NCBI GenBank assembly: GCA_046347155.1
Contig: JAXMGT010000001.1
Span: 1,050,458 to 1,114,457, forward strand
Reading direction: 5' to 3'
Source of the DNA: Steroidobacteraceae bacterium
Lineage (GTDB): Bacteria > Pseudomonadota > Gammaproteobacteria > Steroidobacterales > Steroidobacteraceae
Length of the DNA: 64,000 bases
Both the position numbers and the translations under genes were made by a program. Shown here piece by piece: positions 16,979 to 30,076 of the stretch; positions within the stretch are counted from its first letter, which is position 1; each line of letters begins with the position of its first letter. The notes beneath the pieces are model-generated. The model was given only the letters and a program-made list of their open reading frames with translations. It had not been told where the DNA came from and searched no databases.

Positions 16979-19900
16979 TCACACGAGCACCCGTTCAATG
17001 CCCCCCGCATTCGCGGCGCGCACGTACTGCGGCAGCCAGTCTGGGCCGAGCACGCTCTTCGCGATCTCGACGACCACGTAGTCCGCCTCGGTGCCCGTGT
17101 CGTCATCATAGCGTGCGAGTCCCTGCAGGCACGACGGGCAGGAGGTCAGGATCTTCACCGGCCCGTCGTGGCCGGCCTCGCGCAGCGCCTCGGTGCCGCG
17201 CTCGATCTCGCGCTGCTTGCGGTGGCGCACCTGGGTCGAGATGTCCGGCCGCGACACGGCGAACGTCCCCGACTCGCCGCAGCAGCGGGCGCTGAGCTCG
17301 ATCCCGCCGCCGTCGAGCACGCCGTTAACCACCTTGAGCGGGTCGGCCGTGCGGATCGGCGTGTGGCAGGGGTCGTGGTACAGGTAACGCACGCCCCGGG
17401 CGCCTTCGGCGCGTACGCCCTTCTCGAGCAGGTACTCGTGGATGTCGACGATCCGGCAGCCTGGGAAGATGTCCTCGAAGCGGTAGTCCTGCAGCTGGTC
17501 GTAGCAGGTGCCGCAGCTGACGACCACGGTGCGGATGTCGAGGTAGTTCAGCGTATTGGCGACCCGGTGCAGCAGCACCCGGTTGTCGGTGATGATCTTC
17601 TCGGCCTGGTCGAACTGGCCCGACCCGCGCTGCGGGTAGCCGCAGCAGACGTAGCCGGGCGGCAGCACGGTCTGCACGCCGACCTGCCAGAGCATCGCCT
17701 GGGTGGCGAGCCCGACCTGCGAAAAGAGCCGTTCCGATCCGCACCCGGGGAAATAGAACACCGCCTCGGTCTCGCTCGTCGTGCGCACCGGGTCGCGGAT
17801 GATGGGCACGTAGTGGCGGTCCTCGATGTCGAGCAGCGCCCGCGCCGTGCGCTTCGGCAGCCCGCCCGGCAGCTTCCGGTTGACGAAGTGGACGACCTGC
17901 TCGCGCACGGGCGGCCGGCCGCCGGTCGTCGCGGGCGGCCGCTTCTTCTGCGCGCTGCCGAGCGCCGCGAGCGCGCGGTGACCGATGCGCTGGGCCCTGT
18001 AGCCCCAGTCGACCATCAGCTTGCGCGTGACGCGGATCGTGTCCGGGTCGGTGGCGTTCAGGAAGAACATCGCCGCCGCCGTGCCCGGGTTGAAGCGCTT
18101 CTTGCCGACGCGGCGCAGCAGGTCGCGCATCGCCATCGATACGTCGCCGAAGTCGATGTCGACCGGGCAGGGCGACTCGCACTTGTGGCACACGGTGCAG
18201 TGGTCCGCGACGTCGGCGAACGCGTCCCAGTGCTCGAGCGAGACGCCGCGCCGGGTCTGCTCCTCGTACAGGAAGGCCTCGATCAGGAGCGACGTCGCGA
18301 GGATCTTGTTGCGCGGCGAGTAGAGCAGGTTGGCCCCGGGCACGTGGGTCGAGCAGACGGGCTTGCACTTGCCGCAGCGCAGGCAGTCCTTGATCGCGTC
18401 GGAGATCGAGGCGATGTCCGACTGCTGCATGATCAGCGACTCGTGCCCCATCAGGTTGAAGCTCGGCGTGTACGCCCGGGAGAGGTCCGCGCCGGGCAGC
18501 AGCTTGCCCGCGTTGAACCGGCCGTCCGGGTCGACCCGACGCTTGTAGTCGCGGAAGCCGGCCGTCTCGGACTCTTCGAGGAACTCGAGCTTCGTGATGC
18601 CGATCCCGTGCTCGCCCGAGATCACGCCGCCGAGGTCGCGTGCGATGCGCATGATCCGGGCGACCGCGCGGTTCGCGTCCTGCAGCATCGCGTAGTCGTC
18701 GGAGTTCACCGGTATGTTCGTGTGCACGTTGCCGTCGCCGGCATGCATGTGCAGTGCGACGAACACGCGGCTGCGGAGTACGCGCTTGTGCACGGCCTCG
18801 AGGTCGGCGACCAGTGGCGCGTACGCGCCGCCGGCGAACAGCGAGCGCAGTGCGGTCCGCAGTTCGGATTTCCATGACACCCGCAGCGTGCGGTCCTGCA
18901 GCAGGTCGAACACGCGCAACGTCGGCGCGCCCGCGACCCGCGACTCGAGCTGGGCGCGCACCGGGCCGTAGCCGAGGCGCGCCAGCGCCTCGAGCGAGCC
19001 GGCCAGCGGTTCGTCGAGGTGTGCGGCCAGCCACGACCAGCGCTCGCGCACGGCGTCCACCAGCGCCAGCGCCTGCGCAGGCCGGTCGCCGAGGATCTCG
19101 CCGTGCGGCAGGCGGTCGATCTCCGGGTCCCCGGTCTTGCCGACGCGCGGGCTGCCGCGCAGGTAGCCCTCGAGCGCGTCGAGGAGCGCGAGCTTGTTCG
19201 CGAGCGAGAACTCGATGTTGATGCGCTCGATCGCGTCGGTGTACTCGCCGAGCCGCTCGAGCGGGATCACGACGTCCTCGTTGACCTTGAACGCGTTCGT
19301 GTGGCGGGCGATCGCGGCGGTCCGTGACCGGTCGCGCCAGAACGCCTTGCGCGCGTCGGCACCGGCCGCGACGAAACCCTCGCCACTGCGGGCATTGGCG
19401 ATCCGCACGACCTCGGACGCCGCGCGCGCGACCGCGTCCTCGTCGTCGCCGACCACGTCGCCGATCAGCACCATCTTCGGCAGCGCCGCGCGCCTCGACT
19501 TCGTCGCGTAGCCGACGGCCTTCAGGTAGCGCTCGTCGAGGTGCTCCAGCCCGGCGAGCAGCACGCCGTCGGCGCGACGGGATTCGAGCAGGTCGCGGAT
19601 CTCGACGATGGCAGGGATCGCCTCGCGGGCCTGCCCGAAGAATTCGAGGCACACGGTGCGCGTGTGCGCGGGCATACGGTGCAGGATCCAGCGCGCCGAG
19701 GTGACGATGCCGTCGCAGCCTTCCTTCTGGACGCCGGGCAGGCCGCCGAGGAACTTGTCCGTGACGTCCTTGCCGAGGCCGGCCTTCCGGAACCGGCGGC
19801 CCTCGATCTCGAGCCGTTCGGTGCGCAGCACGCGAGCGCGTTCGGGCGCCTCGCGACCGTCCTTCCAGGTGAGATCGAAGACCGCGAGCGCGGCATCGTG

Positions 19901-20947
19901 GATGCGGCCGAGGTTGTGGCCGACACGGGTCACCTCGAGCCAGTCTCCGGACGGGTCCACCATCCGCCACCACGCGAGGTTGTCGAGCGCGGTGCCCCAC
20001 AGCACGGCCTTCTTGCCGCCGGCGTTCATCGCGATGTTGCCGCCGACGCAGGACGCGTCGGCCGAGGTCGGGTCCACGGCGAACACGAGGCCCGACCGCG
20101 TGGCGGCCTCCTCGACCCGCCGGGTGACGACACCGGCCTCCGTGTGCACCGTCGCGACCGGCCCCTCGATGCCGGGCAGCGCAGTGCGCTCGACGGCGCC
20201 GATGCGCTCGAGTTTCTCGGTGTTGATGACGGCGGCCAGCGCCGTCAGTGGCACCGCGCCCCCGGTGTACCCGGTGCCGCCGCCGCGCGGGATCACCGTG
20301 AGGCCGAGTTCGATGCACGCCCGGACCAGGCCCGGGACCTCGGCCTCGGTGTCCGGTGCGAGCACGACGAACGGCAGCTCGACGCGCCAGTCGGTGGCAT
20401 CGGTCGCGTGGCAGACCCGCGCGTATGGATCGAAGCAGACGTTGTCCGGGTGCGTATGCCGGCGCAGCGAGCGGGCCGCCCGGCGCCTCAGCGCCTCGGC
20501 GGTCTCGAATCCGCGGGCGAAGCGGTCCACGGCCTGGCGCGCGGCGTCGAGCAGCCGGCCGACCCGGGCGTCGCGCCCGGCGTCGGCGTGGTCCCGCCTG
20601 CGCTCGACCTCCGCGAGCCGGTGGTGCAGCGCGGCCACCAGCTGGCCGCGCCGGCGCGGGTTGTCGAGCAGGTCCTGTTCGAGGTACGGGTTCCGCTGCA
20701 CGACCCAGATGTCCCCGAGCACCTCGTACAGCATGCGGGCCGACCGGCCGGTGCGCCGCTCGGAACGCAGTTCGTCGAGCAGCTGCCACCCCTCGGCACC
20801 GAGCAGCCGGATGACGATCTCTCGATCCGAGAACGACGTGTAGTTGTAGGGGATTTCGCGCAGCCGGGCGGGCGGGTCGAGTCCGTCCTTCGTCTCGCGG
20901 ACAGGGGCGGTATCGGGCGGTGCGGCGGGTGTCACGGTCTCGAGCAT
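16979..20947 (-). CDS. Large FAD-linked oxidase / 4Fe-4S / CCG-domain oxidoreductase with a DUF3683-like N-terminus (YdiJ/GlcD-GlpC fusion type)
   Basis: 1322 aa from MLETV. Contains [16 protein letters not shown], an FAD-binding GlcD-like core ([12 protein letters not shown]), ferredoxin motifs ([23 protein letters not shown]) and C-terminal Cys-rich CCG repeats. Confidence 0.9.
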   Translation of the reverse strand: MLETVTPAAPPDTAPVRETKDGLDPPARLREIPYNYTSFSDREIVIRLLGAEGWQLLDELRSERRTGRSARMLYEVLGDIWVVQRNPYLEQDLLDNPRRRGQLVAALHHRLAEVERRRDHADAGRDARVGRLLDAARQAVDRFARGFETAEALRRRAARSLRRHTHPDNVCFDPYARVCHATDATDWRVELPFVVLAPDTEAEVPGLVRACIELGLTVIPRGGGTGYTGGAVPLTALAAVINTEKLERIGAVERTALPGIEGPVATVHTEAGVVTRRVEEAATRSGLVFAVDPTSADASCVGGNIAMNAGGKKAVLWGTALDNLAWWRMVDPSGDWLEVTRVGHNLGRIHDAALAVFDLTWKDGREAPERARVLRTERLEIEGRRFRKAGLGKDVTDKFLGGLPGVQKEGCDGIVTSARWILHRMPAHTRTVCLEFFGQAREAIPAIVEIRDLLESRRADGVLLAGLEHLDERYLKAVGYATKSRRAALPKMVLIGDVVGDDEDAVARAASEVVRIANARSGEGFVAAGADARKAFWRDRSRTAAIARHTNAFKVNEDVVIPLERLGEYTDAIERINIEFSLANKLALLDALEGYLRGSPRVGKTGDPEIDRLPHGEILGDRPAQALALVDAVRERWSWLAAHLDEPLAGSLEALARLGYGPVRAQLESRVAGAPTLRVFDLLQDRTLRVSWKSELRTALRSLFAGGAYAPLVADLEAVHKRVLRSRVFVALHMHAGDGNVHTNIPVNSDDYAMLQDANRAVARIMRIARDLGGVISGEHGIGITKLEFLEESETAGFRDYKRRVDPDGRFNAGKLLPGADLSRAYTPSFNLMGHESLIMQQSDIASISDAIKDCLRCGKCKPVCSTHVPGANLLYSPRNKILATSLLIEAFLYEEQTRRGVSLEHWDAFADVADHCTVCHKCESPCPVDIDFGDVSMAMRDLLRRVGKKRFNPGTAAAMFFLNATDPDTIRVTRKLMVDWGYRAQRIGHRALAALGSAQKKRPPATTGGRPPVREQVVHFVNRKLPGGLPKRTARALLDIEDRHYVPIIRDPVRTTSETEAVFYFPGCGSERLFSQVGLATQAMLWQVGVQTVLPPGYVCCGYPQRGSGQFDQAEKIITDNRVLLHRVANTLNYLDIRTVVVSCGTCYDQLQDYRFEDIFPGCRIVDIHEYLLEKGVRAEGARGVRYLYHDPCHTPIRTADPLKVVNGVLDGGGIELSARCCGESGTFAVSRPDISTQVRHRKQREIERGTEALREAGHDGPVKILTSCPSCLQGLARYDDDTGTEADYVVVEIAKSVLGPDWLPQYVRAANAGGIERVLV

Positions 20948-21070
20948 CGCGGGTCGTGCGTCTGGCGGGTTTGCAGTGCAGCAGGATACCCGGCCCGGGG
21001 TCCGATGTGCGGCCGTCCGTGCCATGGCATGATCCGGCCGGGAGTCATTCCGGGACGGGAGCACCAACGC

Positions 21071-21661
21071 ATGAAGGAAGGGGCAGCGTATCCCGAGTAC
21101 ATCGGGGTGTCCGAGGTCACGACGCGTTCGGCCGAGCAGATGCGCGTCGAGGGCCATTTCGAGGGGCAGCCGTCGATCATGTTCGACGAGCCCGAGGGCT
21201 TCGACATCGGCGACCCGCCGGACCTCCGGGGCCGGTCACGCGGCTGGACGCCCGTCCACGCGCAGCTCGCGGCGCTCGCCGCGTGCACCTCGATCACGAT
21301 CGCGGTCGTCGCGCGCGACCAGGGGTTTCGCAGCGCCGGGCTGCGCACCAAGGTGCGGTCGCTGATCGACATCCGCGGTTTCTTCTTCGACCTGCACCTG
21401 CAGCCACGCTACGAGCAGCTGAACTTCGACCTGGTGCTCGATACCCGTGAAACGGTCGCGCGGGTGAAGGCGCTGGCGCACGAGACCCACCGGCGCTGTC
21501 CCCAGCTCGGCCTGTTCAGGCTCGCGCGGATACCGATGGTCGTGGGCTGGTACCGGGAAGGGTCGGCCCGGGCGCTGTTCGAGGAGCGATTCCACGCCGG
21601 ACGGGTGGCCACGCCCGAGGAGAGGCTGATCCGGAAGGCGGGGACGTCGAAAGCGCGTTGA
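21071..21661 (+). CDS. OsmC/Ohr-family protein
   Basis: The last 196 aa of ORF 19541..21661, with an OsmC-like core ([16 protein letters not shown] ... HRRCP). Confidence 0.75.
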   Translation: MKEGAAYPEYIGVSEVTTRSAEQMRVEGHFEGQPSIMFDEPEGFDIGDPPDLRGRSRGWTPVHAQLAALAACTSITIAVVARDQGFRSAGLRTKVRSLIDIRGFFFDLHLQPRYEQLNFDLVLDTRETVARVKALAHETHRRCPQLGLFRLARIPMVVGWYREGSARALFEERFHAGRVATPEERLIRKAGTSKAR

Positions 21662-21676
21662 CGCCGACGGCGGCGT

Positions 21677-22474
21677 TCAGTTCCAGATCTTCCACCAGGG
21701 CTTGTCCTTGACCTTGCCCTCGTTCGGGTTGCTGGCCGGGACGTTCGCCTGCCGGACCTGGTCTGCCACCACCGCCAGTTCCTCGATGCCGAGCTTCCGG
21801 TAGCAGTCGGCCATGATGCCGAGTGCCTGGATCGCGGCAGGCGAGCCGTCGTAGTTCTCGATCACGGCGCGGGCCCGGTTCACGGCCGCGACGTAGGCCT
21901 GACGCTGCACGTAGTACTCGGCGACCGCGAGTTCGTAGTCGGCCAGCTTGTTGCGCAGGAACACCATGCGCTGCCGCGCGTCGGCCGCGTACGGGCTGCG
22001 CGGGTAGGTCTGCACGAGGATCTGGAAGGCCTGGAGCGACTTGCGCGCCTCGTGCGGTGGCCGCTTGCGGATGTCGGCGTGCAGGACGCCCTCGAGCCAG
22101 CCGCCGCCGGTCTCGAAGTACGAGAGGCCACGGATGTAGTACGCGTAGTCGACGCGCGGGTGCGTCGGGTTCTCGCGGATGAACTGGTCCGCCTGGTCGA
22201 TCGCCGACTCGGTCTCGCCATTGCGGTAGTAGGCGTACATCAGGTCGAGCTGGCCCTGCTTCGCCGCGTTCGAGAACGGGTAGTGCGACTCCAGCGCCTC
22301 GAGCTTCTCGATCGCACCCTTGAAGTTGTTGCTGCTCAGGTCCTGGGCCGCCAGGTCGTAGAGCTTGTCCGGAGCCGCGACCGGGCCGTCGCCGCCACCC
22401 TTGCACCCGGCGAGGGTGGCCAGGGCGGCGAAAACCACGACGGCGGGGACCAGGCGGCGGGTGATGGCGGCCAT
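21677..22474 (-). CDS. bamD: Outer membrane protein assembly factor BamD
   Basis: Lipobox LAGC and TPR-like repeats (YDLAAQDLSSNNFKGAIEKLEALESHYPFS...). Divergent from rluD, as in E. coli. Confidence 0.9.
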   Translation of the reverse strand: MAAITRRLVPAVVVFAALATLAGCKGGGDGPVAAPDKLYDLAAQDLSSNNFKGAIEKLEALESHYPFSNAAKQGQLDLMYAYYRNGETESAIDQADQFIRENPTHPRVDYAYYIRGLSYFETGGGWLEGVLHADIRKRPPHEARKSLQAFQILVQTYPRSPYAADARQRMVFLRNKLADYELAVAEYYVQRQAYVAAVNRARAVIENYDGSPAAIQALGIMADCYRKLGIEELAVVADQVRQANVPASNPNEGKVKDKPWWKIWN

Positions 22475-22587
22475 GAGGGCGGGACGTCCGGGGGCTCGGG
22501 AAACGACGGGCGGCAGTATACAGACACCGGCGCGGGGCCGTGGTTCCGGTACACAAGGCCGCGTCCTTTCGGGGACAATGCTCGGCG

Positions 22588-23547
22588 ATGGCGGCACCCA
22601 CCTACGAGATCTCGATCGACGTCCCGCACGAGTTCGGCGGCCAGCGGCTGGACCAGGCGCTGGCCGCGATGCTCCCCGACCACTCGCGCAGCCGCCTGAA
22701 GGCCTGGATCGAGTCCGGGGAGGTGACCGTGGACGGCACCGTGCGCCGGCCGCGGGACAAGGTGCTCGGCGGCGAGGCCGTGCGCATCTCGGCCACGCTG
22801 CCGGAGGAAACCTCGGCCGTTGCGCAGGACATCCCGCTCGCGATCGTGCACAAGGACCGCCACCTGTTCGTGGTCGACAAGCCGGCGGGGCTCGTCGTGC
22901 ACCCGGGCGCCGGCAACCCGGACAGGACGCTGCAGAATGCGCTGCTCGCGCTCGACCCCGCGCTGGCCCACCTGCCGCGCGCGGGCATCGTGCATCGGCT
23001 CGACAAGGACACCAGCGGCCTGCTCGTCGTTGCGCGTACGCCCGAGGCGCACACGGCGCTCGTGCGTATGCTCGAGGCGCGGGACGTCCACCGCGAATAC
23101 GAGGCCATCTGCCGGGGCGTCATGACGGCCGGTGGCACCGTCGACGCGCCGATCGACCGTCACCCGACCGACCGCGTCCGGATGGCGGTCCGCCAGCACG
23201 GCCGGGAGGCAGTCACCCATTACCGGGTGATCCGGCGCTACCGGGCCCACACCCACGTGCGCGTGCAACTCGAGACCGGCCGCACGCACCAGATCCGCGT
23301 GCACCTCGCGCACATTGGATTCCCGCTCGTCGGCGACCGGGTCTACGGCGGCCGACTCGCGCTGCCGCGGGGCGCCGGCGAGGCGCTGCGGGAGGCACTG
23401 CGGGCCTTCCCGCGCCAGGCGCTGCACGCGGCGCGGCTCGAGTTCGAGCACCCGGTGACCGGCAAGCCGGTGGCTTGCGCCGCACCGCTGCCGGCGGACA
23501 TGGTTGCGCTGCTCGATGTGCTCGCGCGCGACGCCGCAGACGAATGA
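22588..23547 (+). CDS. rluD: 23S rRNA pseudouridine(1911/1915/1917) synthase RluD
   Basis: S4 domain (QRLDQALA...SRSRLKAWI) and the RluA-family catalytic motif HRLDKDTSGLLVVA. Confidence 0.92.
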   Translation: MAAPTYEISIDVPHEFGGQRLDQALAAMLPDHSRSRLKAWIESGEVTVDGTVRRPRDKVLGGEAVRISATLPEETSAVAQDIPLAIVHKDRHLFVVDKPAGLVVHPGAGNPDRTLQNALLALDPALAHLPRAGIVHRLDKDTSGLLVVARTPEAHTALVRMLEARDVHREYEAICRGVMTAGGTVDAPIDRHPTDRVRMAVRQHGREAVTHYRVIRRYRAHTHVRVQLETGRTHQIRVHLAHIGFPLVGDRVYGGRLALPRGAGEALREALRAFPRQALHAARLEFEHPVTGKPVACAAPLPADMVALLDVLARDAADE

Positions 23548-24296
23548 GCGACGGACCCGAGCTGATCCGTCCCGACCTGGGCGTCCCCCGCCTGCGCATC
23601 GTCTCGACGACCCGCACGGGCGGCGTGAGCACGGGTGCGCGCGCGTCGTTCAACCTCGCGATGCACGTCGGGGACGATCCGGCCGCCGTCGCGGAGAACC
23701 GGCGTCGGCTGCAGGGCGGCGCCGGGCTCCCCGACGAGCCGCTGTGGCTCGAGCAGGTCCACGGGACCCAGGTCGTCGTCCACGACGGGCCCGATTTGCC
23801 GGCGCCACGGGCGGACGCCGTGGTCGCGTTCGAGCCCGGTCGGGTGTGCGTCGTGATGACCGCCGACTGCCTGCCGGTCGTGCTCGCGGATCGCGACGGG
23901 ACCCGGGTCGGGGTCGCGCACGCCGGCTGGCGCGGTCTGTCCGCCGGCGTGATCGAAGCGACGGTCGCCGCGCTTGGCGTGCCGGGTCGCGGGCTCCTGG
24001 CCTGGCTCGGGCCGGCGATCGGCCCGGACGCATTCGAGGTCGGGACCGAGGTGCGTGACGCGTTCCTGGCGACGGACCGGCGTGCCGCGGCGTGCTTCGT
24101 GCCGAACGCCCGGGGGCGCCTGCAGGCTGATCTGCACGGGCTCGCGCGGCTGGTGCTCGGACGCCTCAACGTCGAGGTGGCCGGTGCGTCGCCGGACTGC
24201 ACCCACACCGATGCGGAACGCTACTTCTCGCATCGCCGGGACCCCGGGTCGGGTCGCCAGGCGACCTTGGCGTGGCTGGAGCCGGCCGCGTGTTAA
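23544..24296 (+). CDS. pgeF: Peptidoglycan editing factor PgeF (YfiH, laccase-domain protein)
   Basis: 250 aa with an ATGA overlap onto rluD. YfiH motifs present (TADCLPV, VAHAGWRG, CT....FFSHRRD). Confidence 0.88.
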   Translation: MSDGPELIRPDLGVPRLRIVSTTRTGGVSTGARASFNLAMHVGDDPAAVAENRRRLQGGAGLPDEPLWLEQVHGTQVVVHDGPDLPAPRADAVVAFEPGRVCVVMTADCLPVVLADRDGTRVGVAHAGWRGLSAGVIEATVAALGVPGRGLLAWLGPAIGPDAFEVGTEVRDAFLATDRRAAACFVPNARGRLQADLHGLARLVLGRLNVEVAGASPDCTHTDAERYFSHRRDPGSGRQATLAWLEPAAC

Positions 24297-24326
24297 CCTC
24301 GCGCGCCGCATTCGGGATCCGCCGAC

Positions 24327-25127
24327 GTGAATGACCTCGCCCTGATCGTGCTGCTGACCGGACTGAGCGGTTTCGCGAGCGCGCTGGCCGCGTCCGCGTT
24401 CCTGCTCGCCGGCGAGGCACGCCGGGCGGCAATGCTCCCGCACCTGGTGAGTTTCGCGACCGGTGCGTTGCTCGGCGCGGCGTTCCTCGGGCTCGTACCG
24501 CACGCGCTCGAATCGATGGGGCCCGGCGGCGCGCATCGCGTCGGCCTCGCGCTGCTCGCCGGCATACTGACGTTCTTCCTGCTCGAGAAGTTCGTGCTCT
24601 GGCGGCACTGCCACGACGATCCCTGCGAGGCGCACTCGCCAGGGCACGGGCCCGAGCCCGGACACGCGGCCCGCGACCGGGCATCGGCCCGGCTGATACT
24701 CGCGGGCGACAGTTTCCACAACGTGCTGGACGGCGTGCTCGTGGCCGCGGCGATCATGACCGACCCGAGCCTCGGCATCGTGACTGCACTCGCGGTCGCT
24801 GCACACGAGATCCCGCAGGAAGTCGGCGACCTCGCGATCCTGCTGCACGGGGGCTACACGCGGCGGCGGGCGCTGGCGCTCAACCTGCTGACGAGCCTGA
24901 CCTCGATCGCGGGCGGCGTGATCGCCTGGTTCGCGCTCGGCACGGCGATGCAGCTGCTGCCGTACGCGCTCGCGTTCGCGGCGGCGAGCTTCATCTACAT
25001 TGCGGTCGCCGACCTGATCCCGGGGCTGCACCGCCGGGTGGACCCGAAGGCGGGGCTCGAGCAGGTGCTGTTCATAGCGCTCGGCGTGGCGCTCGTGTGG
25101 TTCGCGCACGCGTCGCTGCACGAATAG
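24327..25127 (+). CDS. ZIP-family divalent metal transporter (ZupT-like)
   Basis: About 8 TM segments, a His-rich loop (HCHDDPCEAHSPGHG) and the signature HEIPQEVGD. Confidence 0.88.
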   Translation: MNDLALIVLLTGLSGFASALAASAFLLAGEARRAAMLPHLVSFATGALLGAAFLGLVPHALESMGPGGAHRVGLALLAGILTFFLLEKFVLWRHCHDDPCEAHSPGHGPEPGHAARDRASARLILAGDSFHNVLDGVLVAAAIMTDPSLGIVTALAVAAHEIPQEVGDLAILLHGGYTRRRALALNLLTSLTSIAGGVIAWFALGTAMQLLPYALAFAAASFIYIAVADLIPGLHRRVDPKAGLEQVLFIALGVALVWFAHASLHE

Positions 25128-25143
25128 GCCGCGCTCGCCCCGC

Positions 25144-25683
25144 TCAGGCGACCACTCGGCGTACGATGAACGCCCACGCCAGTATCGACGACAGCATCCA
25201 CCATGCGCCGGCGCGCCGCAGCGTCGCGCTCCGCACCCGGATCATCACGGCGAACAGCACGGCGTAGTGCCCGACGAAGGGCAGGTAATACCACGGCTCG
25301 AACAGGGCGCCACGCGTCGCGGTCCACGCGATGTCGAGCACGCAGGTCGCGAGTGCGGCCCAGAAGAACCAGGTGTGGCCGGACGTCGGGGTGTGCGCGT
25401 CGCGATCGTCGGGCGGGTACAACGCGATCGACATCACGTAGAAGCTGAGCGCCCACAGCACGACCATCAGGAAGACCTCGAAGCTCCAGCCCTGGTAGTC
25501 GCGCCACTGGTAGAGCACCCACCAGTTGAGGACCAGCACCATGAAGACCCAGGCCGTCAGCACGGCGTGGGTCAGGTCGAGGTCGCGGCGCGCGAGGTGG
25601 CGGAACAGGCCGTACAGCAGGTGAGTGAGGCCGAGGCCGAAGATGATCGAGATCAGCACCGACAGGAATTCGAATTCGTTCAT
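25144..25683 (-). CDS. Integral membrane protein, function unknown
   Basis: 179 aa with 5-6 hydrophobic helices. GGGGAGGG SD upstream of the ATG. Confidence 0.55.
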   Translation of the reverse strand: MNEFEFLSVLISIIFGLGLTHLLYGLFRHLARRDLDLTHAVLTAWVFMVLVLNWWVLYQWRDYQGWSFEVFLMVVLWALSFYVMSIALYPPDDRDAHTPTSGHTWFFWAALATCVLDIAWTATRGALFEPWYYLPFVGHYAVLFAVMIRVRSATLRRAGAWWMLSSILAWAFIVRRVVA

Positions 25684-25775
25684 CGTCCCTCCCCGGGCCG
25701 GATTCGCCGGGGCGGCCCGACGGCGCTATCGTTCGACCCCGGGGTACCGCCGATGCCGGTGCCGAGGAGGCCCGA

Positions 25776-26129
25776 TTGTACGAACACCGCTCCGACGCCG
25801 TGCTGCCGCGTGCGCAGTTCCTGAACCGGGTCACCGGCCACCTGGTCCTCAGCATCGCCATCATCGTCGTGTCCCTGTCGATCGGCACGTTCGGCTATCA
25901 CCAGTTCGCGCGATTGCACTGGATCGACGCATTCCTGAACGCGTCGATGATCCTGACCGGCATGGGTCCGGTGGACGCACTGACGGACCCCGGCGCGAAA
26001 TTGTTCGCGGCCTGTTACGCGCTCTACAGCGGGGTGGTCTTCCTTGCGGCCGTCGGCGTGCTGGCCGCACCGTTCTTCCACCGGATCCTGCACAAGCTGC
26101 ACGTCGAGGAGCCCGGGTCTGCGGATTGA
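25776..26129 (+). CDS. Small 2-TM membrane protein with a K+-channel-pore-like architecture
   Basis: 117 aa with a TTG start 5 nt after GAGGAGG. Layout is TM1, a pore-helix-like WIDAFLNASMILTGMGPVD, then TM2. Confidence 0.5.
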   Translation: MYEHRSDAVLPRAQFLNRVTGHLVLSIAIIVVSLSIGTFGYHQFARLHWIDAFLNASMILTGMGPVDALTDPGAKLFAACYALYSGVVFLAAVGVLAAPFFHRILHKLHVEEPGSAD

Positions 26130-26192
26130 AAAAATGCAAAATCGCCGATCGTGGGCAGTTTCTCCGCGAATGGGCGGTCAAATGCCCCTAAA
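26126..26192 (+). promoter_or_regulatory. Candidate heat-shock (sigma32-type) promoter region upstream of clpB
   Basis: A low-GC pocket holds two sigma32-like arrangements: TTGAAA(26126)-N13-CCGATCGT, and TCTCCGCGAA-N14-CCCCTAAA. Neither is a perfect match. Confidence 0.3.
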
Positions 26193-26307
26193 GTCGTTAA
26201 AATGAGCTCAAAGCCGAGGTTGCCGCCGGCCGAACCCCCCTTTTGCCGGGCGACCGCCGTCCCCAACTAGGGGCCCACAGCGCACCCGCGCAGCGGAGCC
26301 CCGAGCG

Positions 26308-28878
<2,571 letters not shown>

Positions 28879-28910
28879 TCCCCGGCCCGACCCGAGCCAC
28901 GACCCCGACC

Positions 28911-29306
28911 ATGCCCATCTACGAATACCAGTGCGACAAGTGCGGGCATCACCTCGAGGCCCTGCAGAAGATCTCGGACAAGCCGCTGCGCGAGTGCCCC
29001 GAGTGCGGGAAGCACACGCTCAAGCGGCTCGTGTCGGCACCGCTGTTCCGGCTGGCCGGCAGCGGCTGGTACGAGACGGACTTCAAGTCGGACAAGGAGC
29101 AGAAGCGCAACCTGCTCGACAAGGGTGATTCGGAGCCGGCGAAGGCCGAGGACAAGAAGGCGACCCCGAAGCCCCCGAAGACCGCGACGCCGGACCCGAC
29201 ACCGAAGCCGGTCGCCGCCGCGAAGCCGGCCGCCGGGAAGTCCCGCGCGAAGGCCTCCGCGCGCAAGCCGGCCGCCCGCAAGGCGCCCGCGAAGCGCGGC
29301 CGCTGA
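28911..29306 (+). CDS. FmdB-family zinc-ribbon protein with a Lys/Ala/Pro-rich tail
   Basis: MPIYEYQCDKCGH...CPECG signature, followed by a roughly 60-aa AKP-rich basic tail. Confidence 0.8.
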   Translation: MPIYEYQCDKCGHHLEALQKISDKPLRECPECGKHTLKRLVSAPLFRLAGSGWYETDFKSDKEQKRNLLDKGDSEPAKAEDKKATPKPPKTATPDPTPKPVAAAKPAAGKSRAKASARKPAARKAPAKRGR

Positions 29307-29315
29307 GGCGGGAGC

Positions 29316-30017
29316 GTGAGCGACGTCCACGCACCGTCGGGCGAGGGATCGGCACCGAAGCGCCATCCGGCGCGGGCGCTGCGCAACTACCTGATCGCGG
29401 GACTCCTGGTCTGGATCCCGATCATGGTCACGGTGTGGGTCGTCCGGTTCCTGTCGGCGATCCTCGACAACTCGATCGTGCTGCTGCCCCGGCCCTGGCG
29501 GCCCGAGGCGCTGTTCGGCCAGTACGTGCCGGGCTTCGGCATCGTGCTGTCGCTCGTGCTGCTGTTCGTGACCGGGATCCTGGTCCGCAACCTGTTCGGC
29601 GAGCGGATCGTGCGGTCCGTCGAGGGGCTGGTCCGCCGGGTGCCGGTGATCGGCCCGGTCTACGGCGGCGCCAAGACGTTCAGCGAGACCGTGCTGACCG
29701 ACAAGGGCACGTCGTTCAAGCAGGTCGTGATGGTCGAGTTCCCGCGCAAGGGCGCCTGGAGCATCGGGTTCCTGATGTCCGAGAACTTCGCCGAAATGCG
29801 CAGCCGGACCGGCCGGGACATGGTCAACGTGTTCGTTCCGACCACGCCGAACCCGACGACCGGGTTCCTGATCGTCGTGGACCGCGCCGAGGTGATCCAG
29901 ATGGACACCACCGTGGACGAGGCGTTCAAGATGATCTTCACGCTCGGGGTCATCACCCCGGGCTCGCAGGAGGCCCCCGCGGCGGCGAATCTTGCGCCGC
30001 AACAGGCCGACCCGTAA
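29316..30017 (+). CDS. DUF502-family membrane protein
   Basis: 233 aa, GTG start, two N-terminal TM helices and conserved PTTPNPTTGFL. The fmdB-DUF502-aspS order is common in proteobacteria. Confidence 0.8.
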   Translation: MSDVHAPSGEGSAPKRHPARALRNYLIAGLLVWIPIMVTVWVVRFLSAILDNSIVLLPRPWRPEALFGQYVPGFGIVLSLVLLFVTGILVRNLFGERIVRSVEGLVRRVPVIGPVYGGAKTFSETVLTDKGTSFKQVVMVEFPRKGAWSIGFLMSENFAEMRSRTGRDMVNVFVPTTPNPTTGFLIVVDRAEVIQMDTTVDEAFKMIFTLGVITPGSQEAPAAANLAPQQADP

Positions 30018-30076
30018 CATCGCGTCCCCCCTGAAAAAACGGCCACGGGGCGCCGACAGACCGGCTCCGTCCAACC

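Noticed and set aside
17168-20843. Several long ORFs (569, 1154 and 411 aa) inside or antisense to the FAD/Fe-S oxidoreductase gene
   Set aside because: They occupy the same region as a 1322-aa protein with many canonical motifs. Their composition is a GC artefact.
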